This document shows positions 53,460 to 62,508 of a DNA stretch of 64,000 nucleotides, in pieces. Position 1 is the stretch's first letter, and the number at the start of each line of letters is the position of its first letter. Where the stretch lies: positions 639,544-703,543 of the forward strand of contig CAWJHO010000003.1 in NCBI GenBank assembly GCA_963842745.1, in the 5' to 3' direction. The DNA is from an uncultured Acidobacteriota bacterium. Its GTDB lineage: Bacteria; Acidobacteriota; Terriglobia; Acidiferrales; UBA7541. Made by a program: the position numbers and the translations under genes. The notes below the pieces were generated by a model. That model did no database searches. It was not told the origin of the DNA and worked only from the letters and a program-made list of their open reading frames with translations.

Positions 53460-55385
53460 TTGGCTTCGGAATCCATGAGCTCACTTCTCAAAAGCATCAT
53501 CGTCGGCACCGCCGGCCACATTGACCACGGCAAATCCACGCTGATTGAAGCTCTGACCGGCACGCATCCGGACCGCTTGGAGGAAGAGAAGCGCCGCGGC
53601 ATCACCATCGATCTTGGCTTCGCCTTTCTGGAAGAAAGCGGTGTGCGCTTTGGTTTTGTGGACGTGCCGGGGCACGAGCGCTTCATAAAGAACATGCTTG
53701 CAGGAGCTTCGGGAATCGACCTCGTTCTGCTGGTGATTGCTGCGGACGAAGCCATTCGCCCGCAAACCCGCGAACATTTTGAAATTTGCCGCCTGCTGGG
53801 CGTGCAACGCGGCGTGATCGCCCTGACGAAAAGCGATCTAGTGGACGCGGATACCTTGGGACTGGTGCGCCTGGAAGCCGAGGAGTTCATCAAGGGATCT
53901 TTTCTTGCTGGTGCGCCCATCCTACCCGTCAGCGCGAAAACAGGGGCAGGAATCAAGGAACTGAAGACCGCACTCGTGCAAGCTGCGCGCGAATCCGGCC
54001 CGAGAGACACTTCGCGCTACTTCCGCCTGCCAATCGACCGCTCCTTTCCTGTCAAAGGCTTTGGCACAGTGGTGACCGGCACAGCGATCGCCGGCCAGGT
54101 GGCGGCCGGTGAAGACGTTGAATTGCTGCCGGCACATCAGGTTCTGCGCGTTCGGGGATTGCACTCTGGCGGAAAAACTGTCCCGCGCGTGGAAGCGGGG
54201 CAACGCTGCGCGATCAATCTTTCGGGAATTGAGCACAATGCCATTCAACGCGGCATGGTCATTGCTTCGCCGGGGCGTTTCCGCGCAACACGCCGGGTTG
54301 ACGTTCGCCTGGAATTGCTGCCTTCAGCTCCAACACTGAAACACCGCGCGCAGGTTCATTTTCACGCAGGAACGGCGGAAGCCATTGCAGAGGTTTATTT
54401 GCACGATGGAGCTTCCATCCTGCCGGGGACGAATGCCTTGGGGCACTTCAAGCTGCAGCACGAGATCGTTTTGGGGCGTGGCGACCGCTTTATTGTGCGC
54501 CAGTTTTCGCCGGTGGTGACCATCGGTGGTGGCGCGGTCCTCGATCCGCTGGCGCGGCGTCCCACGCGAAAGGACGCCGGCCGTGTCGCGTATCTCGCGG
54601 CATTGGAGAAGGGCACGCGCGAGGAAATCCTGGCCGCGCTTGCCGAACGAAACATTTTTGGTGTCCCGTTGCAGGAGGTTGTCGCCCGGACGGGATGGCT
54701 GGAGAGCGAAGTGCACGCCGTGGCCGAAAACCTGGCTCGGAGCAGGCAGGTTTGTATCGTTGCGCTCGAGCCTCTTCTGGCACTTTCCGAAAGGGTCTTC
54801 GCCGACATTTGCGAAAAGCTGCTGGCCCGCGTGCAGCGCTTCCACAAGGAAAACCCGCTCCTGCCCGGCATCGCACGTGAAGAACTGCGAGCCAGCCTCG
54901 GGAAGCGCGTGCGGCCAGAATCTTTCCGGGCAGCGCTTGAGGCGCTCGTGCAGGAGAAAAAACTGGCGCTGCAAGCGGAGCTTGTGAAAAAACCGGGCGC
55001 GGAAATCACCCTGACCCCGGAAGAAGAACGCGCCAAACAGCAGATCGAGCAAGCCTTCGCAAAAGCCGGTCTGGCGGCGCCCTCGGTGAAAGAGGTTTTC
55101 GCGCGGATGGCCATCGAGAAGGCCCACGCGGAAAAACTGCTGCAGATCCTGCTTCGGGAGAAGGTGCTGGTTCGCATCTCGCCAGAGCTCATTTTTCACG
55201 CTGCCGCGCTGGATCGCCTGACGGCGCTCTTGCGGGACTACAAAAAGGCGAAGGGCGAGCGAATTGGCGTGCCCGCATTCAAGGAACTCACCGGGATCAC
55301 CCGTAAACACGCCATACCGTTACTCGAATACCTCGATCGGCAGCGGTTGACGCGCCGGGCAGGGGACGAGCGTGTTATAATTTAG
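53460..55385 (+). CDS. selB: selenocysteine-specific translation elongation factor
   Basis: 641 aa with an EF-Tu-like GTPase (GTAGHIDHGKSTL, DVPGHERF, TKSD). Long C-terminal winged-helix extension ending LLEYLDRQRLTRRAGDERVI. Start is TTG 53460 or ATG 53475. Confidence 0.92.
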   Translation: MASESMSSLLKSIIVGTAGHIDHGKSTLIEALTGTHPDRLEEEKRRGITIDLGFAFLEESGVRFGFVDVPGHERFIKNMLAGASGIDLVLLVIAADEAIRPQTREHFEICRLLGVQRGVIALTKSDLVDADTLGLVRLEAEEFIKGSFLAGAPILPVSAKTGAGIKELKTALVQAARESGPRDTSRYFRLPIDRSFPVKGFGTVVTGTAIAGQVAAGEDVELLPAHQVLRVRGLHSGGKTVPRVEAGQRCAINLSGIEHNAIQRGMVIASPGRFRATRRVDVRLELLPSAPTLKHRAQVHFHAGTAEAIAEVYLHDGASILPGTNALGHFKLQHEIVLGRGDRFIVRQFSPVVTIGGGAVLDPLARRPTRKDAGRVAYLAALEKGTREEILAALAERNIFGVPLQEVVARTGWLESEVHAVAENLARSRQVCIVALEPLLALSERVFADICEKLLARVQRFHKENPLLPGIAREELRASLGKRVRPESFRAALEALVQEKKLALQAELVKKPGAEITLTPEEERAKQQIEQAFAKAGLAAPSVKEVFARMAIEKAHAEKLLQILLREKVLVRISPELIFHAAALDRLTALLRDYKKAKGERIGVPAFKELTGITRKHAIPLLEYLDRQRLTRRAGDERVII

Positions 55386-55460
55386 AATGCTGAGGATAGC
55401 CGGTGTCCACGGTCCATGGAGTGGCACGACAGGTTTTCGTTGGCGCGTGGAGGAGGCAAC

Positions 55461-55661
55461 ATGGAATTCCCAATGCACTGGCTGGTTATTCTGGTCGTCG
55501 TGCTCATTCTATTCGGCGGGCGCAAAATTCCCGAATTGATGCGCGGTTTGGGCGAAGGCGTTCGAGGCTTTAAGGAAGGCATGAGCGGAGCGAACCAGCC
55601 GCAACCGCCGGCACCGCCGGCGCAGAGCTCCAGCGAGAAACCTGCAGAAGAGAAGAAGTAG
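55461..55661 (+). CDS. tatA: twin-arginine translocase subunit TatA/E
   Basis: [48 protein letters not shown] before ATG 55461. The track start is at 55416. Confidence 0.92.
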   Translation: MEFPMHWLVILVVVLILFGGRKIPELMRGLGEGVRGFKEGMSGANQPQPPAPPAQSSSEKPAEEKK

Positions 55662-55693
55662 TTACAGCCGTTACAATTTGAAAATCTTGGAGT

Positions 55694-55723
55694 GGGCGGC
55701 CCCTGTGGCCGCCCGTTTTTATT
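55694..55723 (+). terminator. intrinsic terminator after tatA
   Basis: GGGCGGCC / GGCCGCCC 8-bp stem with a 5-nt loop, followed by GTTTTTATT. Confidence 0.85.
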
Positions 55724-55787
55724 GGCCACAAGCTGTCGGCGAACCGCGGAAACCTATCACCTGGGCGCAGGCCTGATTTTTGTCCGA

Positions 55788-56054
55788 ATGGCAAACACGC
55801 CCACGACGGGCGAGAAGAAACGGGTCAACAAGCTGCAAGACGCTTCTTCCAAGAACATCTACAACAAGAAGCACAGGGCCAAGACGCAACCGAAGGCCGA
55901 GGAGCAGAATTCAAATCAGGAAATTCGAAGCAGAGTGCCTCGGTCTGGCGAAGGGCGCATACTCGCGCTGCACTACATAGATTCGTTCTCCGTCCAGCCC
56001 AGTTCCCGCAGGGCCGCGAGAAGATGTTCCAGGGGCAGCCCGACAACGTTGTAG
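55788..56054 (+). CDS. possible small Lys-rich protein (88 aa)
   Basis: MANTPTTGEKKRVNKLQDASSKNIYNKKHRAKTQPKAEEQ... The first ~40 codons have about 80% G/C at the third position, which is coding-like. There is no SD, and the 3' 82 nt overlap the convergent maf gene. Confidence 0.3.
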   Translation: MANTPTTGEKKRVNKLQDASSKNIYNKKHRAKTQPKAEEQNSNQEIRSRVPRSGEGRILALHYIDSFSVQPSSRRAARRCSRGSPTTL

Positions 56055-56557
56055 TAGCAGCCCTCGATCCGCGGGATGAAACGGCCTGCACGCCCTTGAA
56101 TCGCATAGGCACCGGCTTTGTCATAGGGCTCTTCGGTGGCGAGGTACAGCGAAATGTCCTCCGCCGTGAGCCGGGAAAAGTGCACCAGCGTGGTTTCCAC
56201 GAAGCGCAGGCGCTGCGCATCCGGCAGGCGAATCAGCGAGACGCCCGTGTGCACGGAGTGGGTGCGCCCGGAAAGTTGTTCGAGCATGTGGCGCGCATCA
56301 TCGGTGGAACGCGGCTTGCCCAGAACCTGGCCATCGAGAACCACCACTGTGTCCGCGGCAATCACAATCGCCGGACCCACGGCGCGGGCGGCCACCAGAT
56401 CCGCTTTCACGTCGGCCAGCCGCTGAACAAGTGCCTTCGGCGCTTCGCCCGGATAGGGAGTCTCATCCACGGCCGAAGAAACCATGTTGAACGACACACC
56501 TGCATCGCGAAGGATTTCCGCGCGCCGTGGCGAAGCAGACGCCAGAATGAGTTTCAT
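55973..56557 (-). CDS. maf: Maf-like nucleoside triphosphate pyrophosphatase
   Basis: MKLILASASPRRAEIL ... AYAIQG. ATG 56557; the track start is at 56635. Confidence 0.9.
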   Translation of the reverse strand: MKLILASASPRRAEILRDAGVSFNMVSSAVDETPYPGEAPKALVQRLADVKADLVAARAVGPAIVIAADTVVVLDGQVLGKPRSTDDARHMLEQLSGRTHSVHTGVSLIRLPDAQRLRFVETTLVHFSRLTAEDISLYLATEEPYDKAGAYAIQGRAGRFIPRIEGCYYNVVGLPLEHLLAALRELGWTENESM

Positions 56558-56631
56558 GAAGCCGCCTAGCGGGAAGAATACTACAGCGAGCGCGCACTGA
56601 CAGCCTGTGCTTTGGCGCAAAGGAACGTGGC

Positions 56632-58257
56632 TCAAATGACGAGAGATTCTTGATATTCGCCGTACACCCTGCGCATAGCGTCGGATATTTCGCCGACCGT
56701 AGCGTAGGCTTCTACGGCGGTGAGAATAGCCGGCAACAAGTTCTCTGACGTTCCTGCACAGCGCTGGAGTTCAGCGAGGGCCGCCTTGGCCTTGGGCGCA
56801 TCGCGTTTCGCGCGCAGCGCCTTCAGCCGCGCCACTTGCGCACGCTCGATTTCCGCATCCATGTGCAGCGTGGGAATCAGGTGATGCTCGTCGGCCACAA
56901 AGTCGTTCACACCAACAACGATGTTCTCCTTGGATTCCACACCGTGCTGATAATCGTACGCCGCGCGCTGAATTTCCGTCTGCACGAAGCCCGATTCGAT
57001 GGCCTTGATCATGCCGCCCATGGCGTCGATCTTGGAGAGGTATTCCTGCGCGCGCGTTTCGATCTGTTCCGTGAGCGATTCGATGGCGTAAGACCCGGCA
57101 ACGGGATCGATCGTGTTGGTCACGCCGGTCTCGTTGGCGATGATTTGCTGCGTGCGCAAGGCGATTAGCGCCGATTCTTCCGTGGGCAGCGCCAGCGCTT
57201 CATCCATCGAATTGGTGTGCAACGATTGGCAACCGCCGAGGATCGCGGCCAGCGCCTGGATGGCCACGCGTACGATGTTGTTTTCGGGCTGTTGCGCGGT
57301 GAGAGAAGACCCGGCCGTCTGCGCGTGGAACCTCAGCAGCAGCGAGCGCGCATCCTTGGCCTGGAAACGATCGCGCATGATTTTTGCCCACAGCCGCCGC
57401 GCCGCGCGGTACTTGGCGATTTCTTCCAGCAGATCGCTGTGCGCGTTGAAGAAAAATGAAAGTTGCGGCGCAAATTCGTCGATTTGCAGGCCCGCGTCGA
57501 GCGCCGCCTGTACATACGCGATACCATCGGCAAGCGTGAAGGCTACTTCCTGGACCGCTGTCGAGCCCGCCTCGCGAATGTGATAGCCGGAAATGGAGAT
57601 GGTATTCCACTTCGGAAGCGCGCCGCGGCACCACGCAAAAATATCCGTAACGATGCGCATTGCCGGACGCACCGGATAAATATAAGTGCCGCGCGCGATG
57701 TACTCCTTCAGGATGTCGTTCTGGATCGTGCCGGAAAGTTTCGCCAGGCTGGCGCCTTGCTTCTTGGCCACGGCAACATAAAGGCACAGCAGGATCGCCG
57801 CCGTCGCGTTGATGGTCATGGAGGTGGAGACCTTTTCCAGGGGGATCTGATCGAAGAGCGTTTCCATGTCTTCCAGCGAATCAATTGCCACGCCGACTTT
57901 GCCGACTTCGCCGAGTGCCAGAGGGTGATCGGAATCCATGCCGATTTGCGTGGGAAGATCGAACGCCACCGAGAGCCCCATCTGCCCTTTGCTCAGGAGA
58001 TAGCGGTAACGCTTGTTCGATTCGACGGCGCTGCCGAAGCCCGCGTATTGCCGCATCGTCCAGAATCGCCCGCGGTACATGCTGGGATAAATTCCCCGTG
58101 TGTAGGGGAACTCGCCCGGGAGGCCGAGCGCCTCCTCTGGATTCCACTGCTCGAGAGAATGGGAAGTGTACAAACGTTCCAGGGGAAGACCCGAAAGAGT
58201 TGTGAACCGCGGCTTGCGTTCCGCGGGTGTTTCGGATTTAGCCTTACCGTCAGACAT
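56632..58257 (-). CDS. methylmalonyl-CoA mutase family, catalytic (beta/alpha)8 subunit without a B12-binding domain
   Basis: [26 protein letters not shown] and [10 protein letters not shown] motifs. 541 aa from ATG 58257 (MSDGKAKSE). The track ORF extends to 58434. Confidence 0.93.
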   Translation of the reverse strand: MSDGKAKSETPAERKPRFTTLSGLPLERLYTSHSLEQWNPEEALGLPGEFPYTRGIYPSMYRGRFWTMRQYAGFGSAVESNKRYRYLLSKGQMGLSVAFDLPTQIGMDSDHPLALGEVGKVGVAIDSLEDMETLFDQIPLEKVSTSMTINATAAILLCLYVAVAKKQGASLAKLSGTIQNDILKEYIARGTYIYPVRPAMRIVTDIFAWCRGALPKWNTISISGYHIREAGSTAVQEVAFTLADGIAYVQAALDAGLQIDEFAPQLSFFFNAHSDLLEEIAKYRAARRLWAKIMRDRFQAKDARSLLLRFHAQTAGSSLTAQQPENNIVRVAIQALAAILGGCQSLHTNSMDEALALPTEESALIALRTQQIIANETGVTNTIDPVAGSYAIESLTEQIETRAQEYLSKIDAMGGMIKAIESGFVQTEIQRAAYDYQHGVESKENIVVGVNDFVADEHHLIPTLHMDAEIERAQVARLKALRAKRDAPKAKAALAELQRCAGTSENLLPAILTAVEAYATVGEISDAMRRVYGEYQESLVI

Positions 58258-58328
58258 CAAAGGGCCTGCTTCTGGAGCGAATCTTTCACTTGAACAATAA
58301 GTGGCCGCGGGTGCGCAGCCGCAATGCG

Positions 58329-58697
58329 TTATAACTGCCGGGCGCGGCGAAACGCACCGACGGAAAAGGCGATGAAGATGCCGGCGACGCCAACCGATAC
58401 TCCGATGAGCCAGTGGGCGACGTCGCGGGTCCACGCGCGGAGCGCCAAATTCAGCCAGCCCAGCGCCAATACCGCAAACGACGCGCCGACCATTTCGTGA
58501 AACATCTGCCTGAAAACCCGCCAGAATCGACTAAATCCGCGAAGTTCCTCCGGACGAATTACCTTTTCCCCAGCCATGGGCATACCTGCCATCTTAGCGC
58601 ACATTCCCATGAACAGCCGACCGTACCCCGTCCCAAAGGACAGTTTCTTGCCTGTGAATGGATTGAAGACAACGCCAAAAGGGCATCTTGTGTCCAA
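58329..58697 (-). CDS. small membrane protein (2 TM), unknown function
   Basis: Hydrophobic helices [16 protein letters not shown] and [20 protein letters not shown]. The true start is probably internal (e.g. ATG 58592), because only 46 nt separate 58697 from the divergent gene. Confidence 0.6.
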   Translation of the reverse strand: MDTRCPFGVVFNPFTGKKLSFGTGYGRLFMGMCAKMAGMPMAGEKVIRPEELRGFSRFWRVFRQMFHEMVGASFAVLALGWLNLALRAWTRDVAHWLIGVSVGVAGIFIAFSVGAFRRARQL

Positions 58698-58743
58698 TCG
58701 GGTGTAGGCCTAAAATCAGCTCAGGAGTACTGGGGAGCCACCC

Positions 58744-59100
58744 TTGCAACTTGACGATCATCTCAAGAATCTGCTGCGCGAACTGGGCCATGCCATCAAC
58801 GACACGGTTTCGGAATCGGATCGCATTACCGGCGCAATCGCCGGAGTGCGCGCGCATGGCTACGACATCGTCCTGAAACTTGATGCCACCATCGGCCTGG
58901 CAAAACGCGATGGCAATAACGCGGAAGTGACAGCAATGACCACGCAGGACCGCCGCTTCCTGGAGTCCCTGCGCATACAGGTGGACCAGGATTCCATGGA
59001 GCAGGAACCCGAGAAGCGGCCCGCGGCGCGGCTCACCATGACTCCCCAGGATGTACGGTTTCTGAAATCGCTTCGCATTGCGACGGACGATATCGAATGA
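58744..59100 (+). CDS. 118-aa hypothetical protein with an internal duplicated motif
   Basis: TTG start with GGGGAG 6 nt upstream. Contains MTTQDRRFLESLRIQVD and MTPQDVRFLKSLRIATD. ATGA overlap with the next gene. Confidence 0.65.
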   Translation: MQLDDHLKNLLRELGHAINDTVSESDRITGAIAGVRAHGYDIVLKLDATIGLAKRDGNNAEVTAMTTQDRRFLESLRIQVDQDSMEQEPEKRPAARLTMTPQDVRFLKSLRIATDDIE

Positions 59101-59501
59101 AACGTGTTCTCCAATTCGCGGGCATCGGCGCGCTGGCCTTGTTAGTGACCGGCACGTTTGGTGTTTCAAAAGCTGCGGCGCAGACACCGGTGCTCACCCC
59201 GATCATTGTGGATACCGCGGCGCCCATTATTGTGAACGCGATCAAGCCGAAGCCCAAGGCGACCGGGCTCGTAAAGTTTCAAGGTTTTGTGATGCACGCG
59301 AATATTGCCCAGGTTACCGTGCGGGCCAAGGACAACGAACAGGCGATTCAGAGTTTTCCGCTCGGCGAAAAAGCCTCTGCGAAAATGCAGCAAATCGTCG
59401 ACAAGGGCGGCTACCAGTACGGCGACAAGATCACCGTGTATTACAACCCGCAGTCGTTGAAGGCCATCAAGTTCAAGGGTAAACCGTCGCCGCCCCTCTA
59501 A
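59097..59501 (+). CDS. 134-aa secreted hypothetical protein
   Basis: Signal peptide MKRVLQFAGIGALALLVTGTFGVSKAAA. Translationally coupled to the upstream ORF. Confidence 0.7.
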   Translation: MKRVLQFAGIGALALLVTGTFGVSKAAAQTPVLTPIIVDTAAPIIVNAIKPKPKATGLVKFQGFVMHANIAQVTVRAKDNEQAIQSFPLGEKASAKMQQIVDKGGYQYGDKITVYYNPQSLKAIKFKGKPSPPL

Positions 59502-59513
59502 AGGAAGCGAGCC

Positions 59514-60323
59514 ATGCTACGCCTTCCTGCCGTTGCTGGGAAGTTTTATCCTGCCCATCCCAGGGAACTCACCTCCCTGATCGCAAAATTCACAGACAAG
59601 AAATCTGCGGCTGAGCCAGTGCATGTGCGCGCGTGCCTGGTGCCTCACGCCGGCTACGTCTATTCCGGAATTGTTGCGGGCGCCGTGTTTTCCAGCATTT
59701 TTCTGCCAAAGAAGATTCTGCTTTTGGGCGTGCGCCATTACCCGCGCGGAGAACCGCTGGCCATACTCTCGGAAGGGTCCTGGCGAACACCGCTGGGAGA
59801 TGCCGCCATCGATTCTTCGCTGGCCCAGCGTTTGCGTGCAGCCTGCCCGGCCTTGCGCGAAGACGCAGTCGCGCACAGCCAGGAGCACTCACTGGAAGTG
59901 CAGCTGCCTTTCCTGCAGGAACTCGATCCCGGATTCTCGTTTGTACCCGTGGTGCTCGGCACGCTCCGCTTTGATCAATTGGTCCAGGTGGGAGAGGGAA
60001 TGGCCCGCGTTCTGAGCGAAGGCAAGGAAGAAATTCTTGTGGTCACCTCCTCGGACATGAATCACTACGAAGACGACGCAACGACCCGCTGCAAAGACCG
60101 CAAAGCCATCGACCGCATGCTGCAGCTCGATGCCAAAGGGCTCTATCAGGTTTGCCAGGATGAGCAGATTTCTATGTGCGGACTGGGGCCCGCCGTTGCC
60201 ATGCTCACAGCGATGCAATGTCTCGGCGCAAAAAAGGCGCAACTCGTGCGCTATGCCACCTCCGGAGATGTCTCGGGCGATCGCGACGCCGTGGTTGGCT
60301 ACGCGGGCATGACGTTTGCCTGA
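59514..60323 (+). CDS. MEMO1-family protein (AmmeMemoRadiSam system protein B-like)
   Basis: AGKFYP, PHAGYVYSG, EHSLEVQLPFLQ and SSDMNHY motifs. Confidence 0.9.
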   Translation: MLRLPAVAGKFYPAHPRELTSLIAKFTDKKSAAEPVHVRACLVPHAGYVYSGIVAGAVFSSIFLPKKILLLGVRHYPRGEPLAILSEGSWRTPLGDAAIDSSLAQRLRAACPALREDAVAHSQEHSLEVQLPFLQELDPGFSFVPVVLGTLRFDQLVQVGEGMARVLSEGKEEILVVTSSDMNHYEDDATTRCKDRKAIDRMLQLDAKGLYQVCQDEQISMCGLGPAVAMLTAMQCLGAKKAQLVRYATSGDVSGDRDAVVGYAGMTFA

Positions 60324-60422
60324 CGCGCATGCGAAAAACTCTGCGCAATCTGTAGAAGGCGAATTTGGATTTTACTGGGGCGTGGTGAAACACGCCACAA
60401 ACGTGCGGAAGTTCCGAAACGA

Positions 60423-62084
60423 TTAGCGCGGATGCGCGCCCCCTCCTCCACCGCCTCCTCCTGCCGAAGGATGTGACGAAGAGGAAGACGAGGAGCCGGA
60501 AGAACCTCCCGAGCCGCGGCTGCCGCCCCAAGCCCCTCCACCCGAAGAGCTGGAACTCGACCGTGAGGAGCTACCCCCCGCAGTGTGCGCTGGCGCCGGC
60601 GTCATAGCGGGACGCGGCGGGAGCGAAGCCCGCGGCATCGCCGGAGTTGACGTCGAACGCGCCGGCTGAATCACCCTTGCCGTAGGCGGCAAAGCTTTCC
60701 CTTCTATGGCCGTGGGCGTCTTGACTTCATTTGAAGCTATCGCGCCGTTTGCACGGTTTGGCGGATTGTTCGCGTTTACGAAACGGTGTTCCTGTGGATC
60801 GTAGGTGATCGACGATCCAACGACCGGCGTTGCCGCTCGGCCCGCCGTATTCCCCGCATACAACATACGCGACACCCGCGGCGGCGCCGCACTGGCGACG
60901 AGGCCACCCGTGAGAGTTTCCCTTGGCGCCTTCTTCACCACGCTCCATTTTTCCGTGCTTGCTATCACCAAGGGCCGTCCGATTTCTCTCCCCTGAATTG
61001 GGTACACGCCCTTTCCTATATTCACCGGTGTCTTGCCGCTCTTGTCCAGCGGATGAAGCGGCACGATGCCCACCTTCGTACCGGAGTGTATCCACACGGC
61101 AGTCACCGGGTGCCACCTCATCGGGCGTCCGAAACCAAAACCTGCGGGGTTCCAGCACCAGCCGTACATCGGCGAGGAAATCCAGCCACCATAGTGATAG
61201 GGCAGCCAGCCCCATTGCGCGGACCCGATAAATGTCGGGCCAAAGAGCGGATCGGAATACCAATCGCCGAACGAGAAGGGAGACCAACCCAAGCCCGCTC
61301 CAAACGGCCTCCAGCAGTTGCCGAAGCCCCCCATCGAAAACCATGATCCAAATGTGTAGAGATCCGCAAACCCCGCGGTGTAGTAGGGCGAGTTCACAAA
61401 CTGGCTGGAAGAATTTAGCGCCGCGACCTCGCTCTCGATGCGCCCGGAAACCCAGTGGTCAAAATCATCGTTCTCCGCCGCGCGCCCGATGACCATGTCC
61501 CCTGTATTGCCCGCATGGACTGAAAGAGACTGGCCCTTTTCCAGCGGCGTGGAATGATCGTTGCGCAGCACCGCAGCGCTGCCCCGCTCCACCTTCACCG
61601 TGCTGCCATCGTCAAAATTGCCCACCCGGAACGTCGTCCGGCCACTCGCCTCCACGCTAAAGTCCCCGCCGGTCACGCTGAAGTAATCGCCACTTGCAGG
61701 ATTTACATAAAACGACGCGCTTCCCTGTCGCAGAACCAGCCGTGTAATCCGCCCGCCGTCATGCAACGACAGATCGTAAAACTCCAGCACCGTGTTCCCG
61801 CTCAAGAAAGCCATCGCACCACTCTCGAATTCCACCTCAGCGCGCCCGCTGCCGGTGGCTAGGACGTAACCTTCGCGGAGCGGGAGGTTTAGAGCAGCCT
61901 GTTCCCAGGTCGCATTGCCTTCAGCGAGTGGATCGTCATGGAAACTCCGCGCGTACCGGACATCGCCCTGAATCAGGCTCAGCCGTACAATGCGCGCGTG
62001 ACTTGCATCCGCTAGTGCAACGGAAGGCATCAACGCCCAGACGGCCAAAACCAGCAGACCAACGAAGCAAATGAAGCGTTTCAT
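60423..62084 (-). CDS. secreted FecR-like domain protein with a Trp/Gly-rich middle and a Gly/Ser-rich tail
   Basis: Signal peptide. N-terminal beta-rich FecR-like region (VRLSLIQGDVRY ... AEVEFESGAMAFL). WGWLPYHYGGWISSPMYGWCWNP segment. The tail has runs of S and G. Confidence 0.8.
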   Translation of the reverse strand: MKRFICFVGLLVLAVWALMPSVALADASHARIVRLSLIQGDVRYARSFHDDPLAEGNATWEQAALNLPLREGYVLATGSGRAEVEFESGAMAFLSGNTVLEFYDLSLHDGGRITRLVLRQGSASFYVNPASGDYFSVTGGDFSVEASGRTTFRVGNFDDGSTVKVERGSAAVLRNDHSTPLEKGQSLSVHAGNTGDMVIGRAAENDDFDHWVSGRIESEVAALNSSSQFVNSPYYTAGFADLYTFGSWFSMGGFGNCWRPFGAGLGWSPFSFGDWYSDPLFGPTFIGSAQWGWLPYHYGGWISSPMYGWCWNPAGFGFGRPMRWHPVTAVWIHSGTKVGIVPLHPLDKSGKTPVNIGKGVYPIQGREIGRPLVIASTEKWSVVKKAPRETLTGGLVASAAPPRVSRMLYAGNTAGRAATPVVGSSITYDPQEHRFVNANNPPNRANGAIASNEVKTPTAIEGKALPPTARVIQPARSTSTPAMPRASLPPRPAMTPAPAHTAGGSSSRSSSSSSGGGAWGGSRGSGGSSGSSSSSSSHPSAGGGGGGGGAHPR

Positions 62085-62508
62085 GGGAAACCTCGATGGG
62101 GCGCTTCCCTCTGTCTATTAGACGATAGCGCAAGTTGGCAGGTTGCGATAGATAAACGAGTACAGACCGGCGACCTTAAAAGGCACTGGCCTTCAAGACT
62201 AGCTTTGTCCGATTACCGGAAGTTTCCCAACCCAGAGGATTAAGGACCGCCTGGATACCTGCTCCATTCCAAGGCCGGATGGGTCCGATGAGAAAACTGA
62301 CAGCCAACTGTTTGAAAGGAAACAAATTAAGTGTGGTTTTCCCCGCCCAAGTAGATCTACTGTGGGCCGTCCTTTCTGAACCGGGAGTTACTCCAAGCCA
62401 GGTCCCGGGCGATTCGCGAAGTGTTCTCAAAACGGTGAGTCTCCTCCTTTGCGCTCCAGGAGTTCACGCAAACATGCAAATCGGGCAATCTGCTATCATT
62501 TTGCGGCC

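Noticed and set aside
54324-55310. 328-aa minus-strand ORF (and 54395..55192) opposite selB
   Set aside because: Shadow ORFs of the selB winged-helix region.
62085-62508. 424-bp lower-GC gap between the FecR-like gene and the aminotransferase, containing two mutually antisense ORFs (62176..62430 minus, 62279..62542 plus)
   Set aside because: Neither ORF has an SD, a motif or convincing codon bias. I could not match the region to any riboswitch or sRNA consensus I know. It is left as unexplained spacer and is worth including in an Rfam or RNA-seq check.
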